Positions 1 through 11,311 of a stretch of 64,000 nucleotides of DNA are shown here, in pieces (within the stretch, counting starts at the first letter, position 1; each line of letters begins with the position of its first letter). The notes beneath the pieces are model-generated. The model saw only the letters and a program-made list of their open reading frames with translations. It was not told where the DNA came from and did not search any database. A program made the position numbers and the translations under genes. Origin of the DNA: Bugula neritina (Eukaryota > Animalia > Bryozoa). Where the stretch lies: contig OZ037765.1 in NCBI GenBank assembly GCA_964035545.1, positions 34,992,080 to 35,056,079 on the forward strand, in the 5' to 3' direction.

Positions 1-2208
1 GCCTTCCTGCACTTGTGACAGCACAGCGCCAACATTTTGGTCACTGGCGTCCGTGTCTAGGATGTACTCCAGAGTGGGGTCTGGGTAGGCCAAGATGGGC
101 GCCATTAGTAGGCAGCCCTTGAGGCGGTCGAACGCTTCTTGTTCGACTGGGGTCCACTGCCACGTCACTCCCTTTGCGGTGAGCCGGTTTAACGGCTGGG
201 CTATGCCCGCAAAGTCTGGTACGTATTGCCTGTAATACCCTACCAGCCCCAAGAAAGCCCGGAGTCCGGTCAAATCTTGGGGGGTGACCCAGTCTTCTAC
301 TGCCCGTACCTTTTCGGGATCCGTTGCCACGCCGTTTCGACCGACAACGTGCCCCAGGTACTTGACCTCCGGCTGCAATAAAGCGCACTTGGAAGGTTTG
401 AGCTTAAGACCGGCACCTCGGAGTCTCTCGAAAACCTCCTGCAGACGACTGACATGTGTCTCGAAGTCTGGAGAGATTACGATGACATCATCGAGGTAGA
501 CCAGCAGTGTCTTCCAATGGAGTCCAATAAGGACTTGTTCCATCAGCCTCTGGAAGGTGGCTGGGGCGGAGGTTAACCCGAAAGGCAGCACCTTCCACTT
601 CCACAAACCGTCCCGTGTGATAAATGCCGCTTTCTCCTGGGCGTCGGGACTCAGAGGAACTTGCCAATAGCCGCTTAGCAAGTCTAACGTACTGAAGTAC
701 TTCCTGCCGGCCAGGGCGTCCAATGACTCGTCAATACGAGGTAGAGGGTAGGCGTCCTGTATGGTTACGCTATTGAGTTTGCGGTAGTCCACACAGAACC
801 GCCAACTGCCGTCTTTCTTCCGGACCAGTACGACTGGCGAGCTCCACGCACTATGGGCGGGCTCTATCAGTCCCCGGTCCAGAAGATCCCGTACTTGTCG
901 GCTAACCTCCTTCTCTTTCTCCGGCCCCAGCCTGCGTGTGGGCTGCCGGACAGGGACTGTCCCTGCAGTCAGCGGTATTTCGTGTCTGACAATTCCAGTC
1001 AGTCCCACGTCATGCTCTCCGCTGCTGAACACATCACCGTAGTCGCGTAGTAACTTAGCCATAGCTTGGCGTTCTCTGTTACTCGCGCAGCCGCCACTGG
1101 CTGTTTCATATAACTCCCGGAGATGTGTTGGGACTGCCCTTCGTCCCTGAATAGGGTGTCGAGGGAGTGCCTCTGTCGCATCACCCAGCGACGGGCCTAC
1201 GTCTCCCTCCTGAACAGAGTGAAAACGGCCCAGCATCGACCCAGCCGGGAGCTTGATAGGCTCGGTAAAGGGGTTGACGCACTGCACTAAGATCTCCCCT
1301 TGCTCAGTCAGCTGATTCAGACTGCTGGCAAGTTGGATCTTTTCGTGCGCGCCTTCAACCACCCCGAGTCCAGAGATCCGGCTACTATTCACCCTGCAGT
1401 GAATGGTAGCCCGGGAGCGGCCTGGTATGATACGGTTGCGTACCACTTGCACACCTCCCACTAAAGGGCGGCCGAACTTGTCGACGCAGGCGAGTTCCCG
1501 CCCGGACATCATCATTGCAGATCTGCTAAAATCGATGTGACATCCGTGCCGTTTAAGGAACGGCATCCCGAGGATAGCATCCTCCTTGAGCTGACTGACG
1601 ATGAACGTCTCTTGGATCGTTTGATCTCGGACTCGTCCCGTCAGCTCAATTATACCATAGAAGGGAAGGCACGACCCGTCAGCTAGGGTGCCGTATTCCC
1701 CTTCGTATGCTTCCATCTCGCCCCTGACCCTAGCACTGAGGGTGTCGAAGAGTTGGCGGCTTAAGAGGTTTGTGGTACAGCCCGAATCAATGAGGAAAGT
1801 AACAGCTTTGCCTTTCAGTTTACCGGGCAAGAAATAGCTGTTCCCATGGGGCTGCACCTGAACTCTCCCTTCAGGCCTTACTCTCGCAGGGAGTACCTCC
1901 CTCGCTTTGGGTCGCGAAGGAGGTCTCTTGGGGCGGTGGTAGGTAGGCCTCGGGGGTGCCGAGGCTAGATTCTCAGCTACCTTTGTGGGCTCCCATCCAG
2001 ATTCTTGGACTTGTAGCCCTGTGAATCTGTTGTGAAGGGGCATAGAAAAGGCAGCCGCGGGGCGAAGCCCCTTGTTGGTCCGTCGTGGCTGTTGCCACTG
2101 TTGGTTGCCAGTACGCGGTACCCGTCTGGGTGACCTGCGTTTCTTCTTCCCTGGGGGTTTCATCGTCGGCCCGCGGAAGGTGGGAACATCTGCGGGCCGC
2201 GGTAGTTT
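1..2208 (-). CDS. pol: Gypsy A pol (aspartic protease, RT, start of RNase H), partial, open to the window edge
   Basis: Hand-translated with no stop from 2208 to 1: FLIDSGCTTNLL (protease), WRFCVDYRKLN, DAYPLPRIDESLDAL, LPFGLTSAPATFQ, YLDD at 487-498, LDTDAS (RNase H). Missing from the ORF track because it has no stop inside the window. Confidence 0.93.
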
Positions 2209-3107
2209 AACCCCTGATTTAGGAAGGGACAGTATCGGCGGAAATGTCCTTGATTTCCGCACTCCCAGCAGAAAGTTTCTCCCTGTGGCGGCGCCGATGG
2301 CCGCATGGGCTCAGGGGCGGTACTCACTGGGTTTTGTGGTGTCAGTGTTGCTATCAGCTTGGCTAGCATGTCCGTCAGTTGAGTGACTTTTGATGCCGTC
2401 GCCAACTGGGACACGGCAGCCGCGGCGGGGGTTTCCTCCCCTTGTCCCGCGGCCGTGTCTGCGCGGTCTATCTCCACTTGGCGGGAGCTTCCGCGACTTT
2501 TATGCATTTGATTAGCTAGGAGGTAAGCTTCCCCCTCAGTCAGAGCATCTTCAACGGTGGTGACTCCCCTAGCTAGAAACTGATGGTGGAGACCCAGATC
2601 GTCGACAGATGCTATGAAAGCGTCGAGGGTATACCTCTCGCGGTTGACTGGGGGCAAGTCGCTGTACGCGATCTGTGCCAGCTTCATGACCGCGGCGGCA
2701 TGCTCCCGCAGCGGGGTGCGGGGATCACGCCGCAACCTCTGCAATCGGGCCCTGGCATCTGTAGCAGAGAGGCCAAAGCGGGCCCGCAGAGAAGCAAAGA
2801 TATTATCAATGTCTACGCCCAGCCCATAGGGCTTGGCTTTGTCCATCAATGCCATTCTAAGCTTCAGCAGGGCCACCCTAGGGGGCCACTGGGCGACGTC
2901 CATTACGTCGCTAAACTCTTGGATAAATTGTTCCACCTCCTCTTCACCCGTGAAGGTGGGCGCCTTTAACCGGTAACGGTCCTCAGCTAGTTCTCGCGGA
3001 ACCCTTCGCTCTTCCACTACATGGTTAACAGGCATTGTCTCTACAGCATTGTCTCTACGCTCACCTTCTATTGCCGGTGGTTGAGTTCCAGCATTCTCAG
3101 TCTCCAT
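2160..3107 (-). CDS. gag: Gypsy A gag, 315 aa, single CCHC knuckle
   Basis: APTFTGEEEVEQFIQEF capsid-like start; CWECGNQGHFRRYC zinc knuckle; lies directly downstream of the PBS. Confidence 0.9.
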   Translation of the reverse strand: METENAGTQPPAIEGERRDNAVETMPVNHVVEERRVPRELAEDRYRLKAPTFTGEEEVEQFIQEFSDVMDVAQWPPRVALLKLRMALMDKAKPYGLGVDIDNIFASLRARFGLSATDARARLQRLRRDPRTPLREHAAAVMKLAQIAYSDLPPVNRERYTLDAFIASVDDLGLHHQFLARGVTTVEDALTEGEAYLLANQMHKSRGSSRQVEIDRADTAAGQGEETPAAAAVSQLATASKVTQLTDMLAKLIATLTPQNPVSTAPEPMRPSAPPQGETFCWECGNQGHFRRYCPFLNQGLNYRGPQMFPPSAGRR

Positions 3108-3120
3108 CTTGGATGCACTA

Positions 3121-3137
3121 TCCCACTGCTGCCACCA
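3121..3137 (-). promoter_or_regulatory. Primer-binding site, tRNA-Leu type
   Basis: Minus strand TGGTGGCAGCAGTGGGA, 1 nt after the LTR end (..ATAACA); complementary to the ..TCCCAC(C/T)GCTGCCA-CCA end of tRNA-Leu(AAG/TAG). Confidence 0.85.
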
Positions 3138-3138
3138 C

Positions 3139-3485
3139 TGTTATAATTTTCAGATTTAGGGTTGATGTGCTATCCAGAGAGTCTATTTATTTGCTATAGA
3201 ACTGCACCAGGATAAGTCGAGTGAACGAGTATATTTTACACACAATTATACATTATAAAAACGATACATTATATTCAAACAAGTTACACATCTAATCTAT
3301 TTCACACTCTAGCTTCGACTGAGTTAACAGCGGGAAACTGTAATTGCTGATAACTATCAACTACGCTAATTGGCTAGTCCATTATTCCGGGTCAATTACG
3401 CGACCCTACATGTTGTGCTGCTGGTAGTTCCACGAACCACCACAGTATTACCGTGCCTATTTGCATCTAATTTACTAGTCTTACA
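3139..3485 (-). repeat. 5' LTR of Gypsy A (about 347 bp)
   Basis: Ends ..TAACA next to the PBS; AATAAA on minus at 3186-3191; outer boundary uncertain. Confidence 0.65.
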
Positions 3486-3524
3486 TTTATAGCAACTGTA
3501 ACGTATTTTGTGTAAAATGGTTAT

Positions 3525-3669
3525 TGTTGTGTTGTTTGACTCGCGATTATTCACCGCGAGACTCGTTGAGCTCGGGGATTTTCCTACTAGCTAGAATTGA
3601 AATAAATCACGATAATTATCAGCTTAGACTCAATCCAACTTTGTTGTACTCTTACGCACCAATCACACA
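3525..3669 (+). repeat. 5' LTR of element B
   Basis: Identical to 7921-8065 by base-by-base reading. Confidence 0.97.
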
Positions 3670-3693
3670 TGGTGGCAGCAGTTAAAACTAATA

Positions 3694-6600
3694 ATGGGCG
3701 ATGAAGAAGTTCAGCAACAAATAATTGTGCATAGGAATGCACCCAGAATCGAACCACCAGGTGAAATCGTTTTGAATTGTGAGCGTGAGCAAAACTTCAG
3801 AAGATTTAAAAGCCGGTGGCAGTCGTTTTACATTCTGTCTAGACTTTCGGAGGAAAGTGATGAGTACCAGAGAGCATTGCTATTATATACAATTGGTGAT
3901 GATGCATGCCGAGTGGTAGAGTCAAGTCACAAATATCAAAATGATAAGAGTCTAGCAGCGATAATAGACATTTTGGAGCAATACTGTGTAGGAGAACGAA
4001 ATATAGTGCACGAACGTTATAAATTTAATACAAGGTGTCAATTACAAGGAGAGAATTTTGATGCTTTTTACTCAGAATTACGTACGCTAGCAGATAAATG
4101 TGGATTTAATTACCGACCTGCCACTGATGAGGCACCAGCACCATTTGATGAGATGCTGAGAGATCGAATTGTTCTAGGAATTAGAGATGACTCTCTTAGA
4201 AAGAAATTGATTTCTCAAGGTAACACTTTAACACTAGACCAGGCAGTACGTATTTGTAGGAGCAGTGAAGTCACTTCAACTGTGATGCAAAGTGTAACAA
4301 AAGGAGCAAGCTCAGGGTCTGTAGATGCTATAAGTAAAGCACAAAGCAGCTGCCCTAAATATAAGCAAAGCAAACCAAGTCATACACGCAAGCAGGGAGG
4401 TGCTGTTCAGCTGCCAGTTAACTCTCAGATGTACAAGCCTACAAACAGCCAGGATCATTGTAAAAGGTGCGGTAAGGAACCACATTCAAAAGCGGAATGC
4501 CCAGCTAAGGATGCTCAATGCAGGAAGTGCAAAAAAGTGGGCCACTTCCAGCGGCAATGCAGAAGTAGATCCATCCAGGAAGTGACCGAAGCAAGTAATG
4601 ACGATGGTATAATGTTCACAGGAGAGTTCAAAATAGAAAACCTAACAGTGGATGCTTGGAAAGCCGAAGTAGCTGTAAATGGTAACTGTACTACTTTCAA
4701 GCTCGATACAGGTGCAGATGGCACAGTAGTCAGTGACAAACTACCTTGGCTGTCTACTATTTCACTGCAAACTACAGGAGTCCGCTTATATGGACCTGGA
4801 GGAAAGCAACTCCAAGTCTTAGGAACTTTTGAGGCAGATCTTCAATATAAAAATCAGAAGTACAAGGAGACAGCCTACGTAATTCAAAATCAGTCAACCT
4901 CTCTACTCAGTAGAACTGCTTGTGAAAAGTTAGGACTGATAACATGCCAAGTAAAGCAGCAAGGGGAAATAACCAAAGACATCCACACAGGCTTCTCAAA
5001 GTTATTTAAAGGCCTTGGAGCACTCAAGGGATACTCATACAGAATATCACTAATTCCAGATTACCAGCCAACATGCATCTACACTCCAAGGAAAATTCCC
5101 ATTCCATTACGAGACAAAACTAAGAAAAAGCTAGATGAGATGGCGCAACAAGGAGTTATCTCTCCCGTAACAGAAGCTACAGAGTGGTGTAGTGGAATGG
5201 TTCCAGTCCTCAAACCATCAGGAGATGTACGCGTCTGTGTGGACCTGACTGGCCTGAATAAAGCAGTTAGAAGGGAAATCTATCCAATGCCAGCAGTCGA
5301 TGAAAGCATTGGACTGTTGGGGGCAAGTAAAATCTTCTCAAAGCTGGATGCCAATAGTGGGTTCTGGCAAATACACTTGGACAAGGAGTCAAGAAAACTG
5401 ACTACCTTCCTCACACCTTTTGGCCGGTTCTGTTTCAACAGACTTCCATTTGGCATATCTAGTGCACCGGAGATCTTTTCTCGAGCTATGTGCAGACTAC
5501 TAGGCGACATAGAGAATGTCATCTGCCACATGGACGATGTTCTAGTTCATGGTAAAGATGCAGAAAGCCACGATAAAACCTTAAAGCTGGTTTTAAGCAG
5601 ACTGGAAGAAGCAGGACTCACATTGAATGAAGACAAGTGTGAGATTGGCCAAGCTCAAGTGAAGTTTTTAGGCCACATTATAGATGCTAAAGGAGTCAGC
5701 CCTGACCCGGATAAAGTCGCATCAATACGTGACTTTCCAGCCCCTACCTGTAAGACAGAGTTGAGACGACTAAATGGTATGCTGAATCAGCTAGCTAAGT
5801 TTATCCCTCACCTGTCTGAAATCACAGCTCCCATGAGAGAGTTACTGAAAGAAAGTAAGGCTTGGACATGGAATCAACCTCAAGAGGAAGCTTTCCAAAA
5901 GGTAAAGCAAACACTGATGTCTGCTCAGGTCATAGCACACTATGATCCCAAGCTGAAAACAATTGTTGCCACTGATGCTAGCAACACTGGACTTGGAGCT
6001 GCTATGTTCCAAATACAAAAGGATGGGACAAGGAGGCCAGTATACTACGCATCAAGGTCTTTAACCTCAGTGGAACAGAATTACGCCGCAATAGAAAAGG
6101 AGGCATTGGCAATGGCTTGGGCATGCAACAAGCTAGATCAGTTTTTAAGAGGATTACCTTTCACTCTAGAAACTGACCACAAGCCCTTGGTTAGGCTTAT
6201 GGGTGTAAAAGACTTAGACCAAGTGCCAGCCAGGATTCTCCGATTGAGACTGCGGCTCATGAGGTATGCTCCAAAAATAGAGTATATCCCAGGGTCTCGC
6301 AACCACGTAGCAGATGCATTGTCGCGAGCACCCTCTGGTATACCATCTTGCATAGATGTGATGCTGGTTGAAGAGCTAGAAGCTAGCACTTCCATTATAC
6401 CTTTGATAGATCCGATGATCGAAGAAATCAAGGAGGCACAACAACTAGATGCCGTGTGCCAAGAGGTCCAGAACCTCATCATAAAAGGATGGCCTACATA
6501 TAAAACAGATGCCCACACAGCAGTACACCCTTACTGGGATGTCAAAGGACATTTGACACAATCTAAAGGCCTTCTCTTATATGATCAGCGGCTAGTCATC

Positions 6601-7746
6601 CCTAGCAACTTAAGACTAAAACTGCTTGACCGCATTCACCAGGCCCATCAAGGAATAGTAAAATGCCAGGCAAGAGCCAGAAGAGCTATCTGGTGGCCGG
6701 GAATGTCTAAACAAATAAAGGAAATGGTACAGGGGTGTCGACAGTGCAGAATTAACTCACCGACCCCGGTGGAGCCTCTGCAGCCATCCACCTTGCCATC
6801 TAAACCCTGGATAAAGTTAGGTGCAGACCTGTTCGACTTCCAGAAAAAGAACTATCTGTTAGTGGTCGATTATCATAGCAGATACATAGAAGTTAGGAGA
6901 TTAGACTCACTGTCGTCAGCATTCACTGTGGACAAAGTTAAATCCATCTTCTCAACTCATGGAATTCCCGAGGTAGTCATTTCTGACAATGGACCTCAGT
7001 TCAGCTCTAGGGAGTTCCAAGAATTTGCCAAGAGTTATGGTTTTCAACACGTGACCAGCTCTCCGAAATATCCAAAAGCCAATGGCGAAGCTGAGAGAGC
7101 GGTAGGAACAGTAAAGCGTCTGTGGAGCAAAACTACAGATCCATACCTAAGCCTATTAACCTATAGAGCTACCCCACTCGAAAACGGATTCACTCCTTCA
7201 GAACTTTTGATGAACAGGCTACTTCGAACTACTCTACCCTCCATGCCTGAAACCCGAGTGGTTCACAAGCCACCAAACATTGCTGAGAAGGAACAACACA
7301 TAAATCTAAGGACCATGAATAACTACAACCAACGGCACAAAGCCACTCTGTTGCCTGAACTTTCTCAAGGTTCACCCGTCTATGTCAGAGACACTAAGAA
7401 ACAGGGCACAGTTCTGGCAAGTGTAGCTCCACACTCATACACGGTTAAAACTGAAACAGGAGTTATACGCCGAAACAGAAGTGCGTTGGTAGATCTTCGG
7501 GAAGAGGACCCCGTGGTGCTTGAACTAAATGCTCCTCCGCCGGTTCCTATGGGTGCAGAGGTGCTTGGTCCAAAAGCTAACAAAAAAGCCAATCCATCAG
7601 GAACGCAGGCACCCGGAACATTGGTCGCAGAGGGCTCGGGTACGTCTTTAGCCCATACAGCCAGTCCAACGGTTCCGGGTAGGTTTTGTGCTCTATCCAG
7701 AGAGCGAAGATTGCCCCGGAGATTTGATGACTATGTGATGAATTAA
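3694..7746 (+). CDS. Gag-Pol polyprotein (2x CCHC, PR, RT, RNase H, IN), 1350 aa
   Basis: CKRCGKEPHSKAEC and CRKCKKVGHFQRQC knuckles; LDTGAD; HMDD; ATDAS; H-H-C-C zinc finger plus D(GADLF)/D(SDNGPQF)/E(NGEAER) integrase. Confidence 0.97.
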   Translation: MGDEEVQQQIIVHRNAPRIEPPGEIVLNCEREQNFRRFKSRWQSFYILSRLSEESDEYQRALLLYTIGDDACRVVESSHKYQNDKSLAAIIDILEQYCVGERNIVHERYKFNTRCQLQGENFDAFYSELRTLADKCGFNYRPATDEAPAPFDEMLRDRIVLGIRDDSLRKKLISQGNTLTLDQAVRICRSSEVTSTVMQSVTKGASSGSVDAISKAQSSCPKYKQSKPSHTRKQGGAVQLPVNSQMYKPTNSQDHCKRCGKEPHSKAECPAKDAQCRKCKKVGHFQRQCRSRSIQEVTEASNDDGIMFTGEFKIENLTVDAWKAEVAVNGNCTTFKLDTGADGTVVSDKLPWLSTISLQTTGVRLYGPGGKQLQVLGTFEADLQYKNQKYKETAYVIQNQSTSLLSRTACEKLGLITCQVKQQGEITKDIHTGFSKLFKGLGALKGYSYRISLIPDYQPTCIYTPRKIPIPLRDKTKKKLDEMAQQGVISPVTEATEWCSGMVPVLKPSGDVRVCVDLTGLNKAVRREIYPMPAVDESIGLLGASKIFSKLDANSGFWQIHLDKESRKLTTFLTPFGRFCFNRLPFGISSAPEIFSRAMCRLLGDIENVICHMDDVLVHGKDAESHDKTLKLVLSRLEEAGLTLNEDKCEIGQAQVKFLGHIIDAKGVSPDPDKVASIRDFPAPTCKTELRRLNGMLNQLAKFIPHLSEITAPMRELLKESKAWTWNQPQEEAFQKVKQTLMSAQVIAHYDPKLKTIVATDASNTGLGAAMFQIQKDGTRRPVYYASRSLTSVEQNYAAIEKEALAMAWACNKLDQFLRGLPFTLETDHKPLVRLMGVKDLDQVPARILRLRLRLMRYAPKIEYIPGSRNHVADALSRAPSGIPSCIDVMLVEELEASTSIIPLIDPMIEEIKEAQQLDAVCQEVQNLIIKGWPTYKTDAHTAVHPYWDVKGHLTQSKGLLLYDQRLVIPSNLRLKLLDRIHQAHQGIVKCQARARRAIWWPGMSKQIKEMVQGCRQCRINSPTPVEPLQPSTLPSKPWIKLGADLFDFQKKNYLLVVDYHSRYIEVRRLDSLSSAFTVDKVKSIFSTHGIPEVVISDNGPQFSSREFQEFAKSYGFQHVTSSPKYPKANGEAERAVGTVKRLWSKTTDPYLSLLTYRATPLENGFTPSELLMNRLLRTTLPSMPETRVVHKPPNIAEKEQHINLRTMNNYNQRHKATLLPELSQGSPVYVRDTKKQGTVLASVAPHSYTVKTETGVIRRNRSALVDLREEDPVVLELNAPPPVPMGAEVLGPKANKKANPSGTQAPGTLVAEGSGTSLAHTASPTVPGRFCALSRERRLPRRFDDYVMN

Positions 7747-7920
7747 CATCCAGACGATCTAACCACGGAGACACTCGTGCCTTCTATGGAACAATCATAA
7801 AAATACATATTGTCATGTTTTTTCTCACTATTGTTAACCTTCACTTACTATTGTCAATCTTAATTAATAGCATACGTGATTACATATAAATGTTTTTTGT
7901 AACCCACTTAGAAAGGGGGA

Positions 7921-8065
7921 TGTTGTGTTGTTTGACTCGCGATTATTCACCGCGAGACTCGTTGAGCTCGGGGATTTTCCTACTAGCTAGAATTGAAATA
8001 AATCACGATAATTATCAGCTTAGACTCAATCCAACTTTGTTGTACTCTTACGCACCAATCACACA
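7921..8065 (+). repeat. 3' LTR of element B
   Basis: Follows the PPT; followed by TSD GTTAT. Confidence 0.97.
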
Positions 8066-9527
8066 GTTATTGCAAGCATTATTCAATTCATATTCACATT
8101 GTAATCACAGCGAAGCTTAAACTTTATAGCTTTGTATTTACGTGCATGACTAAGTTTTAATTTTTTTAAAAATTTTATATGTATTGAAAATATGTTTAAA
8201 AACTTTACCAATAAACAAAACTAAAAAAATGGACACATAATATATAAAAAAAAATAAAATCACAAAAGTGGCAAAATTTTTCCTTTATAACTCATATAAA
8301 CTTGCGGTACCATTAGCGACATAATGATTTTTCATGGTTTAAAGTCAACACTCTTAATATACCACACTGGCTAGGGTATAATATTATTGTTTAGCGAGCT
8401 AAGTAAATAACTTAAACTCTCGGTTCCGTTAGAACAAATGCAACATTATTAATTATTGGTTATATTATACTTCAAACTTATGGGATTACCCTTGTTATTA
8501 CTATGATCACTATTACTATTAGTATTACCTACTCTTCTAATTAGGCAACTAGTAGCAATTATTTAATATAAAAATACTAAATACTGGAACAATTTTAGTG
8601 TGTGTATTGGTACGAGAGCATTTCAGTATGAGTATCAGTGGAATTACATTCGCGAGTCACTTGCTTTTACTTTTTAGGCTTGGGAAAATCAGAATGAGAA
8701 TGACATTGCAGTTGCTGTGATTGCAAAATCAGTGGGCGTATTCAGTGCCTTAGGCATAAAACTAAGACTATAAAGCAAACAAACATCAACACTTGATTTG
8801 ATATCATTACACTAGCTTGGAATTACGTATTCATATTGATATTATACAGAGATCAGCAAACTAGTTTTTCCTACCAGTACTGGTGCGTATACTATTTCAA
8901 TTGTTTACAGTTACTTATACTTATAGTTATTGTAAATAAGTAGAATATTATTCAGCATTACGCCAGCGACTACTGAAACCTAAAGTAGAAGAACAGTAGA
9001 CGTAGCTATTTTTGTGACACATGTCCAAATTGAGTTTGACAGCTAGGTTCGTGTTGTAATTGACTTTGTACTTCGATTTTCTTTTCTCAGCAACCGAAGT
9101 AAAAATTGCCTTTTTCTTGCAGTTTAAGTTGAATTATAACATTTGTATTTTACAGTTTTGTTTCTTAAAATTACACTCATTAGTCATTATCTAATCACTA
9201 AAAGTAGGTTTTTTGTGTGCCAATCCTGAATGTTTATTTTGATTGTTTGGCATAATGATGATACTTTGACTCATAGTCAAACTGAAACTGGGCTATGGTT
9301 TCACTTTTAGTTTTACTCAGTCTTTTCAGTTGAAAACTCTAAAGATTGTGTTTTGTAACAAAATCCACCATTCTGACTAGCACCATGATTGAGTATGACA
9401 CTTTATGAGTAGCTCTTGGTGTGACACTGACAGAAACCTCATTCTACAAGAAATATCTCCAGGTGCACTGTTGACTAGAGATGTTATATTGTTATTGTGA
9501 GCTATATTGGTTAGTACAGGTTCCACC

Positions 9528-11311
9528 ATGCCACTTTTGAAAGATGAAGTTAACGCCGAAGGGAGAATAGCTTACATAAGAAGCCATGTCTCTGAATCTC
9601 ACCCTGTTCTAGAGAAATTGAAAGAAGTAAGAAGGATGACTTCTAAATTCCTCGTCTAAAATTTGTTGCTAATTATTTTATGAAAGTAATTAATAATGAT
9701 TTGCTTTTCTAATTTCGTGTTTTAAAGAATTTCAAAGTCTGGAAAAACGTTAATTTATGATGGCCATTATTAGAGTTTAAACTAGTTTGTCAGCTAATGG
9801 TATTTGATGTACCAATTAAATTAATGGTTTTTATTGTTTTAGTTTGTCCTCATTTAATATTATATTAAATAGGGTGTGAAATATTGAAGGTATAGTATTA
9901 TAGGATCACTGTATCCACTTTACTTTAGATAACCGAAGGCCGAAGCAGGGCAGCCATGCTAAGTGATTACGAAAGCTCTGTGCTCCTCTCCAATATGCTC
10001 AAGTTTGCATGTGCTAAGAAGTGCATAGATGTAGGTAAGATAAAGCCTATTTATAGTTATAACTGACCTGACCTAACTGTTTATAGTGCAACAGATAATG
10101 AAACTGCCAGGTAATAATCCTCTTCAGTGTAGCACTGGTTATTAAAGACGGCCATGTTGGTTGGATTATTTACTACTGTATATGAAACTAAAATAGAAAA
10201 CATGGGAAGTCCCGTATTCAGATATAGAAGAATGGTGTACCACCTGATACTTTAGGTGTGTTTACTGGATACAGCAGTCTAGCCTGGGCACTCAGTATTC
10301 CTCAAGATGGTAAAGTTGTAGCCTGTGATATCTCAACTGAGTTTACAGATATTGGAAAACCATTCTGGAAGGAGGCGGGTGTAGACCATAAGATTGATCT
10401 GAGGATAGCACCTGCTGTTGAAACACTTCGTGAGTTCACCATTTTGCAATGTTATTGTAATGTTGCAGACAAAAGTTAAGTTTTTCTCATTCATCTCACT
10501 GATAGCTTTAAATTTATTGTATATTTTAATTTTTAACTCTTCCTAATTTGACTTCTTTTACTTAAACTAAATTATTTAGATTCAACTGGTGAAACTGCTG
10601 ATTTATGCACACCTGTTCGTGCTACATGTTCAATCAGTGAAGCTACTAGTTGGGCATGACTTTCTAACCACTACTTACTCATTCACTTCGATGACTCACT
10701 GACTGACAAACTGTAACTCACCAGTGGCTCATTAACTAGTAACTAGTAACTAAACAATTAACTGAGTATAACTATTTCACCTAGGACCATGTCACCATCA
10801 ACTGAGTAACTCTTACTTACAACTTACTGATCACTCTCTGACTCATGACTCACAAAGTAATGAGTCACTTATATCATACAAGATGACTCATTCCCTCACC
10901 ATTACAGAAGCTATGGTAGATGGCGGAGAGACGGGTACATATGACTTCATGTTTATTGATGCTGACAAGGAGAGTTATGATACGTATTATGAACAGGGAC
11001 TCCAACTGCTTCGTCAGGGGGGAATCATTGCTGTTGATAATGTGAGTTCAACTGTTATGAGAATTTTCAAGTACATACTGCTTTCAACAAGTTACGTGTG
11101 TTCCCTAATCTTAGTCGTGTTCTTCTATCTTCTTAGCATTTTGATATTCTGTTGGTAGAGTTTCTGGAAGGGGCGGTGTATGAAAGAGAGCGATATGTCT
11201 CCTTCCACACAAGCTATCCGTCAACTGAATGCTAAGATAAAGAAAGACCCTAGAGTAACGTCTGTCATGATAAATATTTCAGACGGAATATTCATTTGTC
11301 TCAAGAACTGA
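9528..11311 (+). CDS. COMTD1: O-methyltransferase copy 1 (COMTD1/CCoAOMT, Methyltransf_3 family), about 221 aa; exons 9528-9626, 9929-10034, 10256-10429, 10908-11041, 11159-11311
   Basis: GT-AG exons join in frame; [13 protein letters not shown] motif, VVACD, FIDADK and AVDN metal-binding motifs, DPRV...DG C-terminus; AATAAA at 11401. The symbol is family-level, not proven orthology. Confidence 0.88.

Larger units (their letters stand above)
1..3485 (-). mobile_element. Ty3/Gypsy LTR retrotransposon A, 5' part (LTR-PBS-gag-pol), truncated by the window edge
   Basis: Order LTR, tRNA-Leu PBS, gag (CCHC), then PR-RT-RNaseH in a -1 frame; internal region markedly GC-richer than the host. Outer LTR end (3485, TGTAA on minus) is inferred from TG..CA only, because the partner LTR is outside the window. 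Confidence 0.93.
3525..8065 (+). mobile_element. Complete Mag-like Ty3/Gypsy retrotransposon B, 4541 bp, apparently intact and recent
   Basis: Identical 145-bp TG..CA LTRs (3525-3669, 7921-8065); TSD GTTAT at 3520-3524 and 8066-8070; PBS TGGTGGCAGCAGT at 3670-3682; PPT AGAAAGGGGGA at 7910-7920; single uninterrupted ORF. Confidence 0.97.

Noticed and set aside
41-2969. Short ORFs overlapping Gypsy A on other frames and strands
   Set aside because: By-products of GC-rich gag/pol sequence; the true pol frame is the unlisted minus frame.
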